Made by a program: the position numbers and the translations under genes. The notes beneath the pieces are model-generated. The model searched no databases. It worked only from the letters and a program-made list of their open reading frames with translations, and was not told the origin of the DNA. Shown here piece after piece: positions 9,997 through 19,656 of a stretch of DNA of 64,000 nucleotides (positions within the stretch are counted from its first letter, which is position 1; every line of letters begins with the position of its first letter). Source of the stretch: a plasmid; sequence record NZ_CP013482.1; one strand, given 5' to 3'.

Positions 9997-10545
9997 TCAC
10001 CAAGTTAGAACCGGCTTGATTACGGCTTCAATTTGGTCTGTCGACAAAGGGCCAAAATAGCGCCCGTCAAACGAAGCCGGGTTAATGTCGGTCATCAACA
10101 GAAAGTCCCGCGCGCCAAGGGTGTAATGCGCGCCGATGAGACTCGGCAGACGACGACCGTGTGCGTCGGCCCCGATGGGAGCGGAATGCGGTAGAAGCGT
10201 GCCGTTGACGATCACGCCCTGCGGGGCGATTTCAACGGAATCACCTTTAGCGGCTAAAATCCGCTTCATCATCTGACCGAGGCCACCAGGGCAGAAACCG
10301 GCGTCGATATAGCCCCGCTTGAGTGCAGCGAAAAACAGATCTCGTGCGGGAGGACAGAAGATGACGTAATCCCCTTTCACGGCGCTTTCCGTCGTAACTC
10401 GGTAGACACCGACACGGATGCTCTCGGAAGTGTTGACCCGGTATCCCGCCATGTACATGAGGGACACACCAACAAGTCCCAAAGTCGCGCCAATAATTGC
10501 CGCACGACTCACGCGAGTCATGACACATCGATTAAACCGACTCAT
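9997..10545 (-). CDS. traF: Conjugative signal peptidase TraF (S26-like, processes TrbC pilin)
   Basis: Size and position between traG and traE; TM anchor then peptidase-like domain. Confidence 0.7.
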   Translation of the reverse strand: MSRFNRCVMTRVSRAAIIGATLGLVGVSLMYMAGYRVNTSESIRVGVYRVTTESAVKGDYVIFCPPARDLFFAALKRGYIDAGFCPGGLGQMMKRILAAKGDSVEIAPQGVIVNGTLLPHSAPIGADAHGRRLPSLIGAHYTLGARDFLLMTDINPASFDGRYFGPLSTDQIEAVIKPVLTW

Positions 10546-12473
10546 AGTCTGATCCCCTCGGCCTCAGCCAACTTTGCAGCGGGCCGGATGCGATCCGTGT
10601 CCTTCGGCTCGGGGATTGCTGCGCGCCTCGAAAAAATCGGGTCGTCGAAGAAGAGTCCTTGACGACCATAGAGCGCGGGGAAGCCGGCCACATAGATGAC
10701 CATATCGCCCGCCTCCTCGATGCGACCATCCGGCGACTTCTTTGGGCCTGGCATACGCAAGCACTCATCTGGCGTGAGCAATGGTCGGGCGACCTCCTGG
10801 ACGGTGCGCGAGACCTGGCCGTGCATGCTGCCGAAGCGCTTTCCGCTCGTTGTCACCTGCTCCTTAAGGACCGTCGTTGTGCCCGTCAGCTTCGACAAGT
10901 GTTCGGCTGTCTCGATGCGATTCGGGGGGTAGGCGTTCTGAATATGGCAGTTCGACGTGATGGTTTCGTCCGGACCATATCCTTCCTCTCTGCTCTTGAG
11001 CTGGTTAATGTCCTGGCAGATGAGATAGAACTTGATGCCGTATCCAGCAAGGAAGGCTAGGGACTGCTGAATAATGTCCAGCTTACCCAGGCTCGGGAAC
11101 TCGTCGAGCATGCCAAGGAGGCGATGCTTGTACTTCTTTTTGGCCTGTACATAGGTGGTCTCGGAGTCGCGCAGGCCGAGCTTTGCGAGGAACCGCGTCC
11201 ACGGATCCATTTCCTTCTGCAAACGCTCAAACTCCATCTTGTCGGCCAGCACCCGGACGATCATGTTCAACAGGACGCGGACGAGTGGTCGCAGACGATC
11301 CTTGTCGGTGGGCTGCGTGACGATGTAGAGACTGACAGGAAACTCATGGCACATGAGATCCTTGATGCGGAAATCCGACCGGCTGACGTTGCGCTCCACC
11401 ACCGGATCCCGATACAACGAGAGATACGATTTCGCGGTCGAAAGGACCGATCCCCCTTCCTCCTCCGGTCGGTCAAGCATGTCCTGCGCGGCGGAACCGA
11501 TGACTGGATGGTTCTTACCGTTGACGTGCCCGTACTGAGTCATTTCCATCCACAACTCAGCCACGGGTCGATTCGGGTCGGCCAGCATCTTGTCACAGTA
11601 GGGCAGCGTCGCCGGCGTCCCCTCAATCTGCGCCTTGTACAACGCATGCAAGATCACCCCGACAAGCAGCGCTTGAGCCGTCTTTTGCCAGTGGGTGTTT
11701 AACCCTTTGCCGTCCGGATCCACAATCAGCGTCGCCAAGTTCTGCACGTCACCGACTTCGTATTCCGTCCCCATTCGGATTTCGTCCAGCGGGTTCCATG
11801 CGACGCTGCCGTACACCGCGGCCGGCTCGAATTTAAGGGTGATGTTCTTCGCGTACTCGCGCCGCCATCCGGCCGTCATGGCCCACAGCTCCCCTTTCAA
11901 GTCCGTCACGACAGTGCTGTGCTTCCACGACAAGAGCGTGGGGACAACCAGGCCAACACCCTTGCCCGAACGGGTGGGTGCGTAACACAGGACATGCTCC
12001 GGGCCGTTGTGCCGAAGCCAATGCGTGTTACCCGCTTTGTCGATCCACTGACCGACGTATACGCCAGAGTCCCCCAACAACCCCATGCGCTTCACGTCTT
12101 TCTTGTTGGCCCAACGCGCCGATCCGTGCAAATACTCATTGGGGCGGCTGGAGTTAGCGATGGCATTCGCCGCCGCCGCCGTCACAAGCAAGCCGCCACC
12201 AGCCGCCAGAACGCCAACAGACCCGGCCGTGTGAAACTGCTCGGGGAACAGCTCTGCCCACTTCGAGTACCAACTTAGGATCGACCACGGGGCATACATA
12301 TGTCCGTAGTTCACGCCAAGCGTGGGGTGATACTCGAAGCCGTGCGCGAAATATTGGGTTGCGGCTTGCATGCCAGCGGCGAAAGACGTCAGCGCCATTA
12401 CCGGCACTGCCTTTCCCTTACGCCGCTTTTGCCGCACTTGAGGGCCAACGGGGTTATTGAGGGTCTGTCTCAC
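10542..12473 (-). CDS. traG: Type IV coupling protein TraG (VirD4 family)
   Basis: N-terminus NNPVGPQVRQKRRKGK as in RP4 TraG; Walker A GKGVGLVVP. Confidence 0.9.
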   Translation of the reverse strand: MRQTLNNPVGPQVRQKRRKGKAVPVMALTSFAAGMQAATQYFAHGFEYHPTLGVNYGHMYAPWSILSWYSKWAELFPEQFHTAGSVGVLAAGGGLLVTAAAANAIANSSRPNEYLHGSARWANKKDVKRMGLLGDSGVYVGQWIDKAGNTHWLRHNGPEHVLCYAPTRSGKGVGLVVPTLLSWKHSTVVTDLKGELWAMTAGWRREYAKNITLKFEPAAVYGSVAWNPLDEIRMGTEYEVGDVQNLATLIVDPDGKGLNTHWQKTAQALLVGVILHALYKAQIEGTPATLPYCDKMLADPNRPVAELWMEMTQYGHVNGKNHPVIGSAAQDMLDRPEEEGGSVLSTAKSYLSLYRDPVVERNVSRSDFRIKDLMCHEFPVSLYIVTQPTDKDRLRPLVRVLLNMIVRVLADKMEFERLQKEMDPWTRFLAKLGLRDSETTYVQAKKKYKHRLLGMLDEFPSLGKLDIIQQSLAFLAGYGIKFYLICQDINQLKSREEGYGPDETITSNCHIQNAYPPNRIETAEHLSKLTGTTTVLKEQVTTSGKRFGSMHGQVSRTVQEVARPLLTPDECLRMPGPKKSPDGRIEEAGDMVIYVAGFPALYGRQGLFFDDPIFSRRAAIPEPKDTDRIRPAAKLAEAEGIRL

Positions 12474-12495
12474 ACAAGCCCCCGCATCGTGTCAC

Positions 12496-15180
12496 TCATA
12501 AGGATCTTCCTCGTGTTCGGATCTTGCCGCCGACTTCCGTCGAGATCGCGGCACCAATCGCAAGACGCCGCAACCGGTTCGCTGTAGCTGCGTCGACGGG
12601 CAACACCAGCACCGTGTCGTCATGCCTCAAAAGGGCTAACTGGTGCCCGTCAACCGTGCGAAGGCCGGTGAAATTCAATACGCCTGCGTGACGATCATTA
12701 TATCGCTCATGTTTCTGTATATCGAAACTATTGGCACGTTTCCCTTCGCGTTCTTGGACGTACTTATCCGCTGCGGACCACGCCGAAGTACTCAGTCGGT
12801 CAGCAGGTGCGGCCCGTCGCACGCCAGAACCTCGGTCGGCTTGTTTGTCGTCCAGACTTCCGCGTACATCACGCGGCACCAGCAGGCCAGGCGATCCGGC
12901 GTGTGGTTCCATATAGAGTGTGGGCAGGTTTCGCATGCGGTACGCTTGAGGGGGCGGTGCTTTTCGTCCAACTGCGCCAACGTTGGGCTTAGGGGCAAAT
13001 GGGCTGCTGCGCCCCCTGACGAATCGGTCAGATCCTCGGCCTCCCCCTCGCTTGATCGACTCGGCATATTGCCCACGCCCAACATCGCCACCGCTGCGTC
13101 CAGATCCGCGTCGCTCATGGTGTCGCTGTTCGTTGAACCCGGCACTTCGCTGAGCACCGTCTGGTCGATTCCGTTGTGTTCGCTCATCAAAACTCTCCTG
13201 TTGATGCTTCTGCTTAAGTGCCTCGACACGCCGACTCTCTAGGTTCGGGTCGACGAACGAGACACGGATTCGCGCGCTCGCCGCCAAATCGGCCACGCGC
13301 TGTTGAAACTCTGTGCTTCCTGTCAGGGAAACCTTCCCGCCATGCCGGTCGGCCGCGAGTTGCAGCGCTGTCGCAAGCACCTCGTCAGGCGCGTTCCGGG
13401 TAACGCTGAGTCGACGACCGTCATCGCGAATGGCGGCATTCGCCACTCGGTAGATGACCGTTCCAGCCTTGGTAATGGAGTCAATCGCCCTCGGCCTCAG
13501 TGCTTCCGAGTCGGAGGAGCGTTCGACGGCCCGTGCCTGTGCCCGGGCGTCCCAACTCGCTTGGTATCGCAAAACGGCGAGGGCGCTTTGGTCGCCCTCC
13601 TCAGCTCGATCTCTAAGCCAGTCCGCCCACGCTAGGGCCTTATGCGCCTTGCTCGCCTTCGGGGGGCGTTGCGAATTGAAATTTGCGTGCGCCTTGGAAA
13701 TAGCGCCGTGCAGACGCTTACTCACGATGCCGTATAGGAATCGCTTGTTGTAACCGCTCCCCTTGAGCAACTTGATAAGCGCGCGCAGGCGGGCCGCAGA
13801 TCGCTTCGCATCTTCGATCGTCTGAATCCGCGCCTGCCGCGCGGCGCCCATATGAAGCTGTTTCGAGCGTTGAACGTCAGCCTTCTCTTCGCGGTAACGC
13901 CGATACAAGGCATCGGCCTCTGCGGACGGATACACCGGTCGCTTCGCATACCACTCTTGCCGCTGCTGCGTGGGTGAAGTGCCGTGTTTGCCTTGCCGCC
14001 AAGAAGCCGGCGCAGGGGAACCGATAGACGTCTCTGCGCCTTGCGCCGGAAGATCCCGATTTCCTATGGACGGCCTTACTCGGTGACGGTACGGTGCCGG
14101 CGGTGGTCGCGTCCCAACCGCCTCTACGGTTCGACGCCCCCGCCGCCAGGATGAAATCAAGTCCGGATCCGGGGCTTGTCGCGGTATGTGCGCATGCAAA
14201 TCACGTCTTCCGGGCAGGCCACCTGACCGGATTGCTCGCGGGCTTTCGGGCCTCGTCGTGGCCGAACGCACGGGTGGCGCTCTGCGCCGCCAAGAGGCCA
14301 CAGCGCTCGTGCTCGGCACTGCGATGGTGACTCTATCAACACCCCGTCGCCCAACCTGCCCCCTACGTCCAGCGGCGTCCGGCACATCGTCGCCGGCCAG
14401 CCGTTTGGCCCCGCGAGGTGGTTCGTAGTCGCCCCACTGTTTTAATAACCGGGATCTGGATAGAGACCTATCAACTGAACTGGCTTTTACCTTGATGCCG
14501 TCCCTGCTTTCAAATACGAGTCCGTTGCCCTGCTCCCGAACTGCCAATCCTCGCGCACGAGCTATGTCATGCAATTCCTGCCAGTTGTTGGCCTCTCGCA
14601 ACTCCGAAACGCACTCTCTCTTGATCCAACCAAGGAGACTTTCAACGCCCGAATGGCGCTCCATGTCGTCGGCTCGATTTTCAGAGCGCGACTTTCGCGC
14701 GGTGTGGTTGTCGCGCTCCAGGTCAAAGCGCTGCTCCAGCTCGTCGCACTTCCGCGCCAACGTTTTGTAATCCCGGTAAGGCGTGTGCATCGTTAGATGC
14801 TCCGGGTGGATCTTGTTAATCGCGACGTGAATATGCAGGTTGTCTGTGTCGTGGTGAACCGCGCTGATTCGCTGGTGCTCACCATATCCTAGCGCTTCGC
14901 ACAACTCGGCTTCCACGACGGAAAGCACATCGCTGGAGGGATGTTCGCCAGGCGGAAATGAGATCAGCAGGTGATAGGTTTTGTCTCCCTCAGCGCGGAG
15001 ATTCATCCCCTGCACCGCCTGAACTTCGTAAATCGCGTCAAGCGCTTCGCGCTGCTCGCAGTTGGTGACAGTCACCGCCCCGACCCGCTCCTGCTTTGTC
15101 TGAGGGTCACATAGATACTTCACCAGTCTTCCGTAACTGCTTTTCTTGACCGATTGCATCGGCAAATTACGGGCGATCAT
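12496..15180 (-). CDS. traI: MobP relaxase TraI
   Basis: N-terminus MIARNLPMQSVKK; three-His motif HHDTDNLHIHVAINKIHP. Confidence 0.9.
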   Translation of the reverse strand: MIARNLPMQSVKKSSYGRLVKYLCDPQTKQERVGAVTVTNCEQREALDAIYEVQAVQGMNLRAEGDKTYHLLISFPPGEHPSSDVLSVVEAELCEALGYGEHQRISAVHHDTDNLHIHVAINKIHPEHLTMHTPYRDYKTLARKCDELEQRFDLERDNHTARKSRSENRADDMERHSGVESLLGWIKRECVSELREANNWQELHDIARARGLAVREQGNGLVFESRDGIKVKASSVDRSLSRSRLLKQWGDYEPPRGAKRLAGDDVPDAAGRRGQVGRRGVDRVTIAVPSTSAVASWRRRAPPVRSATTRPESPRAIRSGGLPGRRDLHAHIPRQAPDPDLISSWRRGRRTVEAVGTRPPPAPYRHRVRPSIGNRDLPAQGAETSIGSPAPASWRQGKHGTSPTQQRQEWYAKRPVYPSAEADALYRRYREEKADVQRSKQLHMGAARQARIQTIEDAKRSAARLRALIKLLKGSGYNKRFLYGIVSKRLHGAISKAHANFNSQRPPKASKAHKALAWADWLRDRAEEGDQSALAVLRYQASWDARAQARAVERSSDSEALRPRAIDSITKAGTVIYRVANAAIRDDGRRLSVTRNAPDEVLATALQLAADRHGGKVSLTGSTEFQQRVADLAASARIRVSFVDPNLESRRVEALKQKHQQESFDERTQRNRPDGAQRSAGFNEQRHHERRGSGRSGGDVGRGQYAESIKRGGGRGSDRFVRGRSSPFAPKPNVGAVGRKAPPPQAYRMRNLPTLYMEPHAGSPGLLVPRDVRGSLDDKQADRGSGVRRAAPADRLSTSAWSAADKYVQEREGKRANSFDIQKHERYNDRHAGVLNFTGLRTVDGHQLALLRHDDTVLVLPVDAATANRLRRLAIGAAISTEVGGKIRTRGRSL
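12792..13229 (-). CDS. Nested alternative-frame ORF inside traI (traH-like position)
   Basis: 145-aa ORF in a second frame of traI; RP4 encodes traH inside traI the same way. Confidence 0.3.
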   Translation of the reverse strand: MSRHLSRSINRRVLMSEHNGIDQTVLSEVPGSTNSDTMSDADLDAAVAMLGVGNMPSRSSEGEAEDLTDSSGGAAAHLPLSPTLAQLDEKHRPLKRTACETCPHSIWNHTPDRLACWCRVMYAEVWTTNKPTEVLACDGPHLLTD

Positions 15181-15196
15181 CGCAACCCCGAAAAAC

Positions 15197-15209
15197 TTTA
15201 GCGGCTAAA
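15197..15209. promoter_or_regulatory. KorB operator OB (TTTAGCGGCTAAA) between traI and traJ
   Basis: Exact 13-bp palindrome. Confidence 0.75.
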
Positions 15210-15213
15210 GTGC

Positions 15214-15615
15214 TCATCCCTTGAGCACATGTCGCATGACCTCGCGAAGCTGTTCCTGTGTCTCACCCAACTTCCCGAGCAACGCATTGATTGACCCAAC
15301 GCCGAAGCCGGCGACTCTCTCGTCGTTGGTAAGCCATAGCTTTAGCAAGCCCCCAAGACGCCCTTGATCTGCGTTGATCTTGGCGAGCTGCTTGATGTGC
15401 TTGAGATCCGCCACACCGCGCACGTCATAACCAAGACCAACGTTGCGAAGATAGGTCGCGACGGGCAACCCGGCCTTCCCAGCGCTCGCCTCAATACGCG
15501 CATCCTCGTCCGGAAAAACAGGCACTCGAAGGTGCTTCTTCCGTCGCGAACCACGAACACGCTTCCTGTCTGGCGTCAATTCAACATTCATCACTTCTCC
15601 TATTTCCACAGGCAC
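15214..15615 (-). CDS. traJ: oriT-binding relaxosome protein TraJ
   Basis: LGRLGGLLKLWLTND motif matches the recalled RP4 TraJ; adjacent to oriT. Confidence 0.8.
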   Translation of the reverse strand: MPVEIGEVMNVELTPDRKRVRGSRRKKHLRVPVFPDEDARIEASAGKAGLPVATYLRNVGLGYDVRGVADLKHIKQLAKINADQGRLGGLLKLWLTNDERVAGFGVGSINALLGKLGETQEQLREVMRHVLKG

Positions 15616-15639
15616 GTATCGCGGCGGTAGCCGCTGCCT

Positions 15640-15760
15640 CGCAGAGCAGGATCCCCGTTGAGCACTCCGTGCGAATAAGGGATGTGAAAGTAGCTAACCG
15701 GCCTGCCGGTTAGCTACTTTCACCTATCCTGCCCGGTCTTCGACCGCGATTACTCCGGGA
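15640..15760. promoter_or_regulatory. oriT: Origin of transfer, RP4 type: 19-bp inverted repeat 15684..15702 / 15705..15723 and nic site ATCCTG|C at 15726..15732
   Basis: gtgaaagtagctaaccggc ct gccggttagctactttcac ctATCCTGcccgg. Confidence 0.85.
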
Positions 15761-16005
15761 TCAGCATGCCATGTAATTTCGATTTATCCGCAATTTTGCA
15801 ACAAATATTTGTTGCCATGACAACTGATATAACGAAAATTGAGATTTTGGCGGTAGAATCGTCCCTGCCGCAAAAGCATCGGATTTGAGACGGCGAAAAA
15901 TAGGGAATGAATCGGACTGTGTAGCCGCACAGCGACGTAACCATCCGCACGCGGGCGACGGCATATCACCCACGGTGCGCGAAGATCGAAGGAGGCCGCA
16001 GGGAC
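15761..16005. promoter_or_regulatory. AT-rich divergent traJ/traK promoter and TraK-binding region
   Basis: Local AT-rich tract in a GC-rich replicon, directly upstream of traK. Confidence 0.5.
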
Positions 16006-16008
16006 GAC

Positions 16009-16374
16009 ATGACGGGCAAAACACTCACGGAGCGAATTGCTGATCGAGCCAAAACCGTGCCGAGCAGCAGGGGGAAAAACCGGGCTTCGTTCCTGGCCGT
16101 GAGGGACGAGGTGGCTGACGCATTGAAAGACTGGCCGGTTAAGGCAATTTGGGAAACGCTCAGCGCCGAAGGAAAAATTGAGTTCGGCTATGACGCGTTC
16201 ATTTCATACGTCAACCGACACATTCGTAACAGACCACAGCACGCCCCCCTCACCCATACGGTGAAGTCGGCGGATCATCCCCCCACTGCCGAACGAGAGC
16301 CGGCGCGCTCATCAGCAACAACGCCCGGATTTTCTTACAACGCAACCCCTGACACAAAATCTCTGGTGGGCTAA
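16009..16374 (+). CDS. traK: oriT-binding protein TraK
   Basis: Position and size; basic N-terminus. Confidence 0.7.
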   Translation: MTGKTLTERIADRAKTVPSSRGKNRASFLAVRDEVADALKDWPVKAIWETLSAEGKIEFGYDAFISYVNRHIRNRPQHAPLTHTVKSADHPPTAEREPARSSATTPGFSYNATPDTKSLVG

Positions 16375-17102
16375 TGGCAAAAATTCATGCGGTACTAAAC
16401 GGTAAGGGCGGCGTCGGCAAAACGTTTGTAGCGACGCACATTGCCCAGGCTATCCAATCAATTAAGGGAAAGGTCCGCGCGATCGATACGGATCCCGTCA
16501 ATGCGACGTTATTCCGATTCAAGGCGCTAGACGTCCAACGAATCGAAATCATGAAAGACGACGAGATCGACACCCGCTTATTCGACAAGCTCGTGGAATT
16601 TTGTGTGAGCGACGATACCGACGTCGTAATAGACAACGGGGCAAGCTCGTTCGTCCCGCTATCGCATTACGTGATTTCCAACCGGGTTCCGGCGCTACTT
16701 CGAGAGTTGGGGCACGAGCTAATCTTGCACGTCGTCATTGCCGGGGGGGACATGTGCCTGGATACGATCAACGGCTTTGACCAGCTCGCCAGCCAGTTCT
16801 CCACAGACGTTCAATTTGTGGTGTGGCTGAACCCGTTTGTTGGGGATGTTGTTGTGAACGGGAAGACGTTTGAGCAAATGAACGTCTACCGCACACATAA
16901 GGACCGGATCAGCGCCATCGTCGAGTTGCCGAAGGTGAAAGCCGAGACCTATGGCAAGGATCTGTCTGAAATGATGGGCGATCGACTGACTTACGACGAA
17001 GCGGTGGAAGACAGCAAACGCCATATCATGGTTCGACACCGACTCCGCTCGATGCGAGATCAAATCATGAGACAGCTCAAAGCCCTTCCGGTACTCCAAT
17101 GA
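16374..17102 (+). CDS. traL: P-loop NTPase TraL
   Basis: MAKIHAVLNGKGGVGKT deviant Walker A. Confidence 0.8.
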   Translation: MAKIHAVLNGKGGVGKTFVATHIAQAIQSIKGKVRAIDTDPVNATLFRFKALDVQRIEIMKDDEIDTRLFDKLVEFCVSDDTDVVIDNGASSFVPLSHYVISNRVPALLRELGHELILHVVIAGGDMCLDTINGFDQLASQFSTDVQFVVWLNPFVGDVVVNGKTFEQMNVYRTHKDRISAIVELPKVKAETYGKDLSEMMGDRLTYDEAVEDSKRHIMVRHRLRSMRDQIMRQLKALPVLQ

Positions 17103-17551
17103 CCGAAACCTACGTCGACGAACTCATCAAAGACATTGCCGTTCGGCACGGAGTCGCGCTCTCCCCGGACGATCCCATCTTGATCGTGTCTACTCTCAAC
17201 CGGAAGTTGATCGCTGATGGCGCGGAAGCCCAAGAGGCAATACTGCAAACATTTAAGGAGGAACTGGAAGGGATCACAGGGCGATGGAACGCCGAGTCAA
17301 AAGAGCGGGCAGAGCGCATCTTGAATGCCGCTCTCACAGCCAGCAAAGAGGCTATGACACGCACCATGAGTGAGGCCAGCACAAACATCGTCAATCGGAT
17401 CCAGGCGGAAGCCGCCGTTTATTTGCGGAGCGCCAGAGAGGAAGCAAAGGCTATCCGCACAAGCAGTATGCTCATTCTGGCTGCTAGTGGCGTTTCGTTT
17501 CTTGCCTCCGCAGGTGCCCTTCTGGCTTGGGTGGCCAACTTTAGCCGCTAA
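17099..17551 (+). CDS. traM: TraM
   Basis: Position after traL, 150 aa, overlapping start. Confidence 0.65.
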   Translation: MTETYVDELIKDIAVRHGVALSPDDPILIVSTLNRKLIADGAEAQEAILQTFKEELEGITGRWNAESKERAERILNAALTASKEAMTRTMSEASTNIVNRIQAEAAVYLRSAREEAKAIRTSSMLILAASGVSFLASAGALLAWVANFSR

Positions 17552-17552
17552 A
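17540..17552. promoter_or_regulatory. KorB operator OB embedded in the last codons and stop of traM (..FSR*)
   Basis: TTTAGCCGCTAAA. Confidence 0.75.
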
Positions 17553-17641
17553 AATCGGTGGCTGACGCGCCACGCGCCGAGCGTCGCCGACCACCAACCC
17601 CCCATCGCCCCGCCATCGAGCGGGGCTTTTTTTGCCCGTGT

Positions 17642-17654
17642 TTTAGCCGCTAAA
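17642..17654. promoter_or_regulatory. KorB operator OB
   Basis: TTTAGCCGCTAAA. Confidence 0.75.
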
Positions 17655-17690
17655 AAGTCAACCTAAACCTCTTGCTCAGTTTTATAGGTG

Positions 17691-17930
17691 CAGGCCAAGG
17701 CCGAGGCGGCCGAGCAGACTCACCAGGAGCAGCGCAAGACGATGGCGGCCGAGGCGCACCGCCAGGCCGAGCGGCTGACCGCCGCCTAGGGCGAGCGCGA
17801 CCAGGCGAAGCGCGATGCCGCGCAGGCAAGGGAGGAAGCAGCCGGGCTGCGCGGCCGGCTGGAAGCTCTGAAAGCCGTCATGGCCCAAGGCCGGCCGACT
17901 GATCTCAGCGGCGGACGCAAAAAGACCTGA
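17691..17930 (+). pseudogene. GC-rich Ala/Glu/Gln coiled-coil gene remnant (KfrA-like) with an in-frame TAG
   Basis: QAKAEAAEQTHQEQRK..LTAA*GERDQAKRDAAQAREEAAGLRGRLEALKAV; locally ~70% GC. Confidence 0.35.
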
Positions 17931-18087
17931 TAAACCGGTTGATTTTCCTTAAAAGCGCAAAGGGAAGCGCGATGCTGCAAAAGAGCGTGAGTTTTTCACT
18001 CGCGACGACTGACGATCAAGGCGGATTAGCGCACACCGACAAAAAACAAAAGGGGCACTTCCGTGCCCCTTTTTTGCGCCAGATGAG

Positions 18088-18681
18088 TCAAACATCCCTT
18101 CGCAACGACAACCCTCTGCCGTGCGACACGGATTTTCCTTCTGTCTGCTGCTTGCGCTTTAACTTGGCATGCGTCTCGTGCGCGCGGCGGGCGCTTTCTA
18201 GTTCGTCCCAATGCTCGGCCAATTGTGGATGATCACGGCGAAATTTCGCAGCGGCCAACTGCTCCAGCTTCCCGCCCCACACGTCGTGCCCTTCGGCGAT
18301 TACACGAACTGAGTCAAGGCGACTCGAGATCCGCTGGATCGTGGTACGCTGCCGTGCCATTTCTCGCTCCCATGTGGCTCGGCGTGTACGCGGCGTGAGT
18401 ATGCCGGGGCGCTTCGACTGCATGCCAGCGACTCGTCCTTGCTGCTCACGTAACAGAGCCTCAAGTCGCTCCTCTATACGCACCACCTGAGCGTGCTTCG
18501 CGCCGATGTATGACTCCAGCCCGGCAACATATTCATTGGCGACGTCTGGAATGGGTTCGTGTTGAACGTCCGCGACCGCCTCGGCCGCTTCGCCCGAAAG
18601 CGCGTCCGCTTTCGCCTCGACTTCTGATCTGCGGTCAGCAGACACGGCCAGCCTTTGCATATCCCGTTTCGTGAGCATCAT
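18088..18681 (-). CDS. Hypothetical alpha-helical protein
   Basis: 197-aa ORF, charged coiled-coil-like. Confidence 0.45.
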   Translation of the reverse strand: MMLTKRDMQRLAVSADRRSEVEAKADALSGEAAEAVADVQHEPIPDVANEYVAGLESYIGAKHAQVVRIEERLEALLREQQGRVAGMQSKRPGILTPRTRRATWEREMARQRTTIQRISSRLDSVRVIAEGHDVWGGKLEQLAAAKFRRDHPQLAEHWDELESARRAHETHAKLKRKQQTEGKSVSHGRGLSLRRDV

Positions 18682-18696
18682 CAGTCCCTCAATCAG

Positions 18697-19656
18697 TTAG
18701 CGGGACAATCCTCGGCCTTGATGCTGACCGACCGCCGCAACAACGGCACGCCCCGTGGTCTGATTGTAAGAGATAGATTTGCTGCTGCCAATTTCAGGGG
18801 ATTTATCGAAATTAGACCGTTCATGAACGACAAACTGCTTCCCGACCTGCTGGAAAACACTAACCTTGTCGACGTGGACTATCGCACCTTCGGTTGTTGC
18901 CTTTCTGTCTGCTGGCACGGCCAGGGAAATGTTATAGATGCCTGGTTTAAGACCGTTCGCCTTATCCACCCGATCATTGCGCCAGGTTGGCTGCCCCGAC
19001 GCATCGCTGGGTGGTTGCTCGCTTTGAACGATTCGTTGACCATTCATGACGAGTACACGGTGCTTCATGAATCCGCTCCTCGGTTCGTGGTACCGCCCTT
19101 GAATTGGAGCGATCACCGGTTCAATGATGGCGGCGAGCGCCTTCGAGTCCGCATTTACTACCGCCAAATCGCGCGCGAAGTAAAGTCGCGCTCTCGCCTC
19201 CCTGTCCACAGGAAGCCGTGACCAGCCCAACTCAAATCCGGCCTGCATGGCCAGGTCTGATGTGAACTGTCGTAGCGTCCTGCTATTCCCCTCGCGAAAC
19301 GGATGAACTGCGTCCAGCTCACCGTACAAATGCGCTACCTTCGTTGCGAAGGCTCTCTGATCTAGTTGTTTTAAGTAGCCGTCTGCCGACAGGCTATCGA
19401 AGATTTTCGCCAGCTCAGGCACGACAGCGCGCAGGTCTCCGGCCCAGTCATACACCCCCTCAAAAATACGGCGGTGCGTCTCTCTCAGTCGGCCAGGGCC
19501 GAACGGCAATGTGATGGGGGAGGTTGCTATCGCGACAAGATTGAAAGCGACCATTTGCCCCTCAAAGGCATCTAGGTCGTGCTGCGTCCGACAGTCAGCC
19601 AGGTTTCTCAGGACTGTCGAACCGTCGTAGCAGTAAGGATCTCTGCGCGCCGTCAT
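18697..19656 (-). CDS. Fic-domain toxin (VbhT-like) with a ~130-aa C-terminal extension
   Basis: Fic motif HPFREGNSRTLR; N-terminus YCYDGSTVLRNL; start overlaps the antitoxin stop. Confidence 0.8.
   Translation of the reverse strand: MTARRDPYCYDGSTVLRNLADCRTQHDLDAFEGQMVAFNLVAIATSPITLPFGPGRLRETHRRIFEGVYDWAGDLRAVVPELAKIFDSLSADGYLKQLDQRAFATKVAHLYGELDAVHPFREGNSRTLRQFTSDLAMQAGFELGWSRLPVDREARARLYFARDLAVVNADSKALAAIIEPVIAPIQGRYHEPRSGFMKHRVLVMNGQRIVQSEQPPSDASGQPTWRNDRVDKANGLKPGIYNISLAVPADRKATTEGAIVHVDKVSVFQQVGKQFVVHERSNFDKSPEIGSSKSISYNQTTGRAVVAAVGQHQGRGLSR

Noticed and set aside
17672-17980. Short ORFs on both strands in the GC-rich segment after traM
   Set aside because: Only the Ala/Glu-rich frame looks protein-like and it has an internal stop; the others are GC-frame noise.
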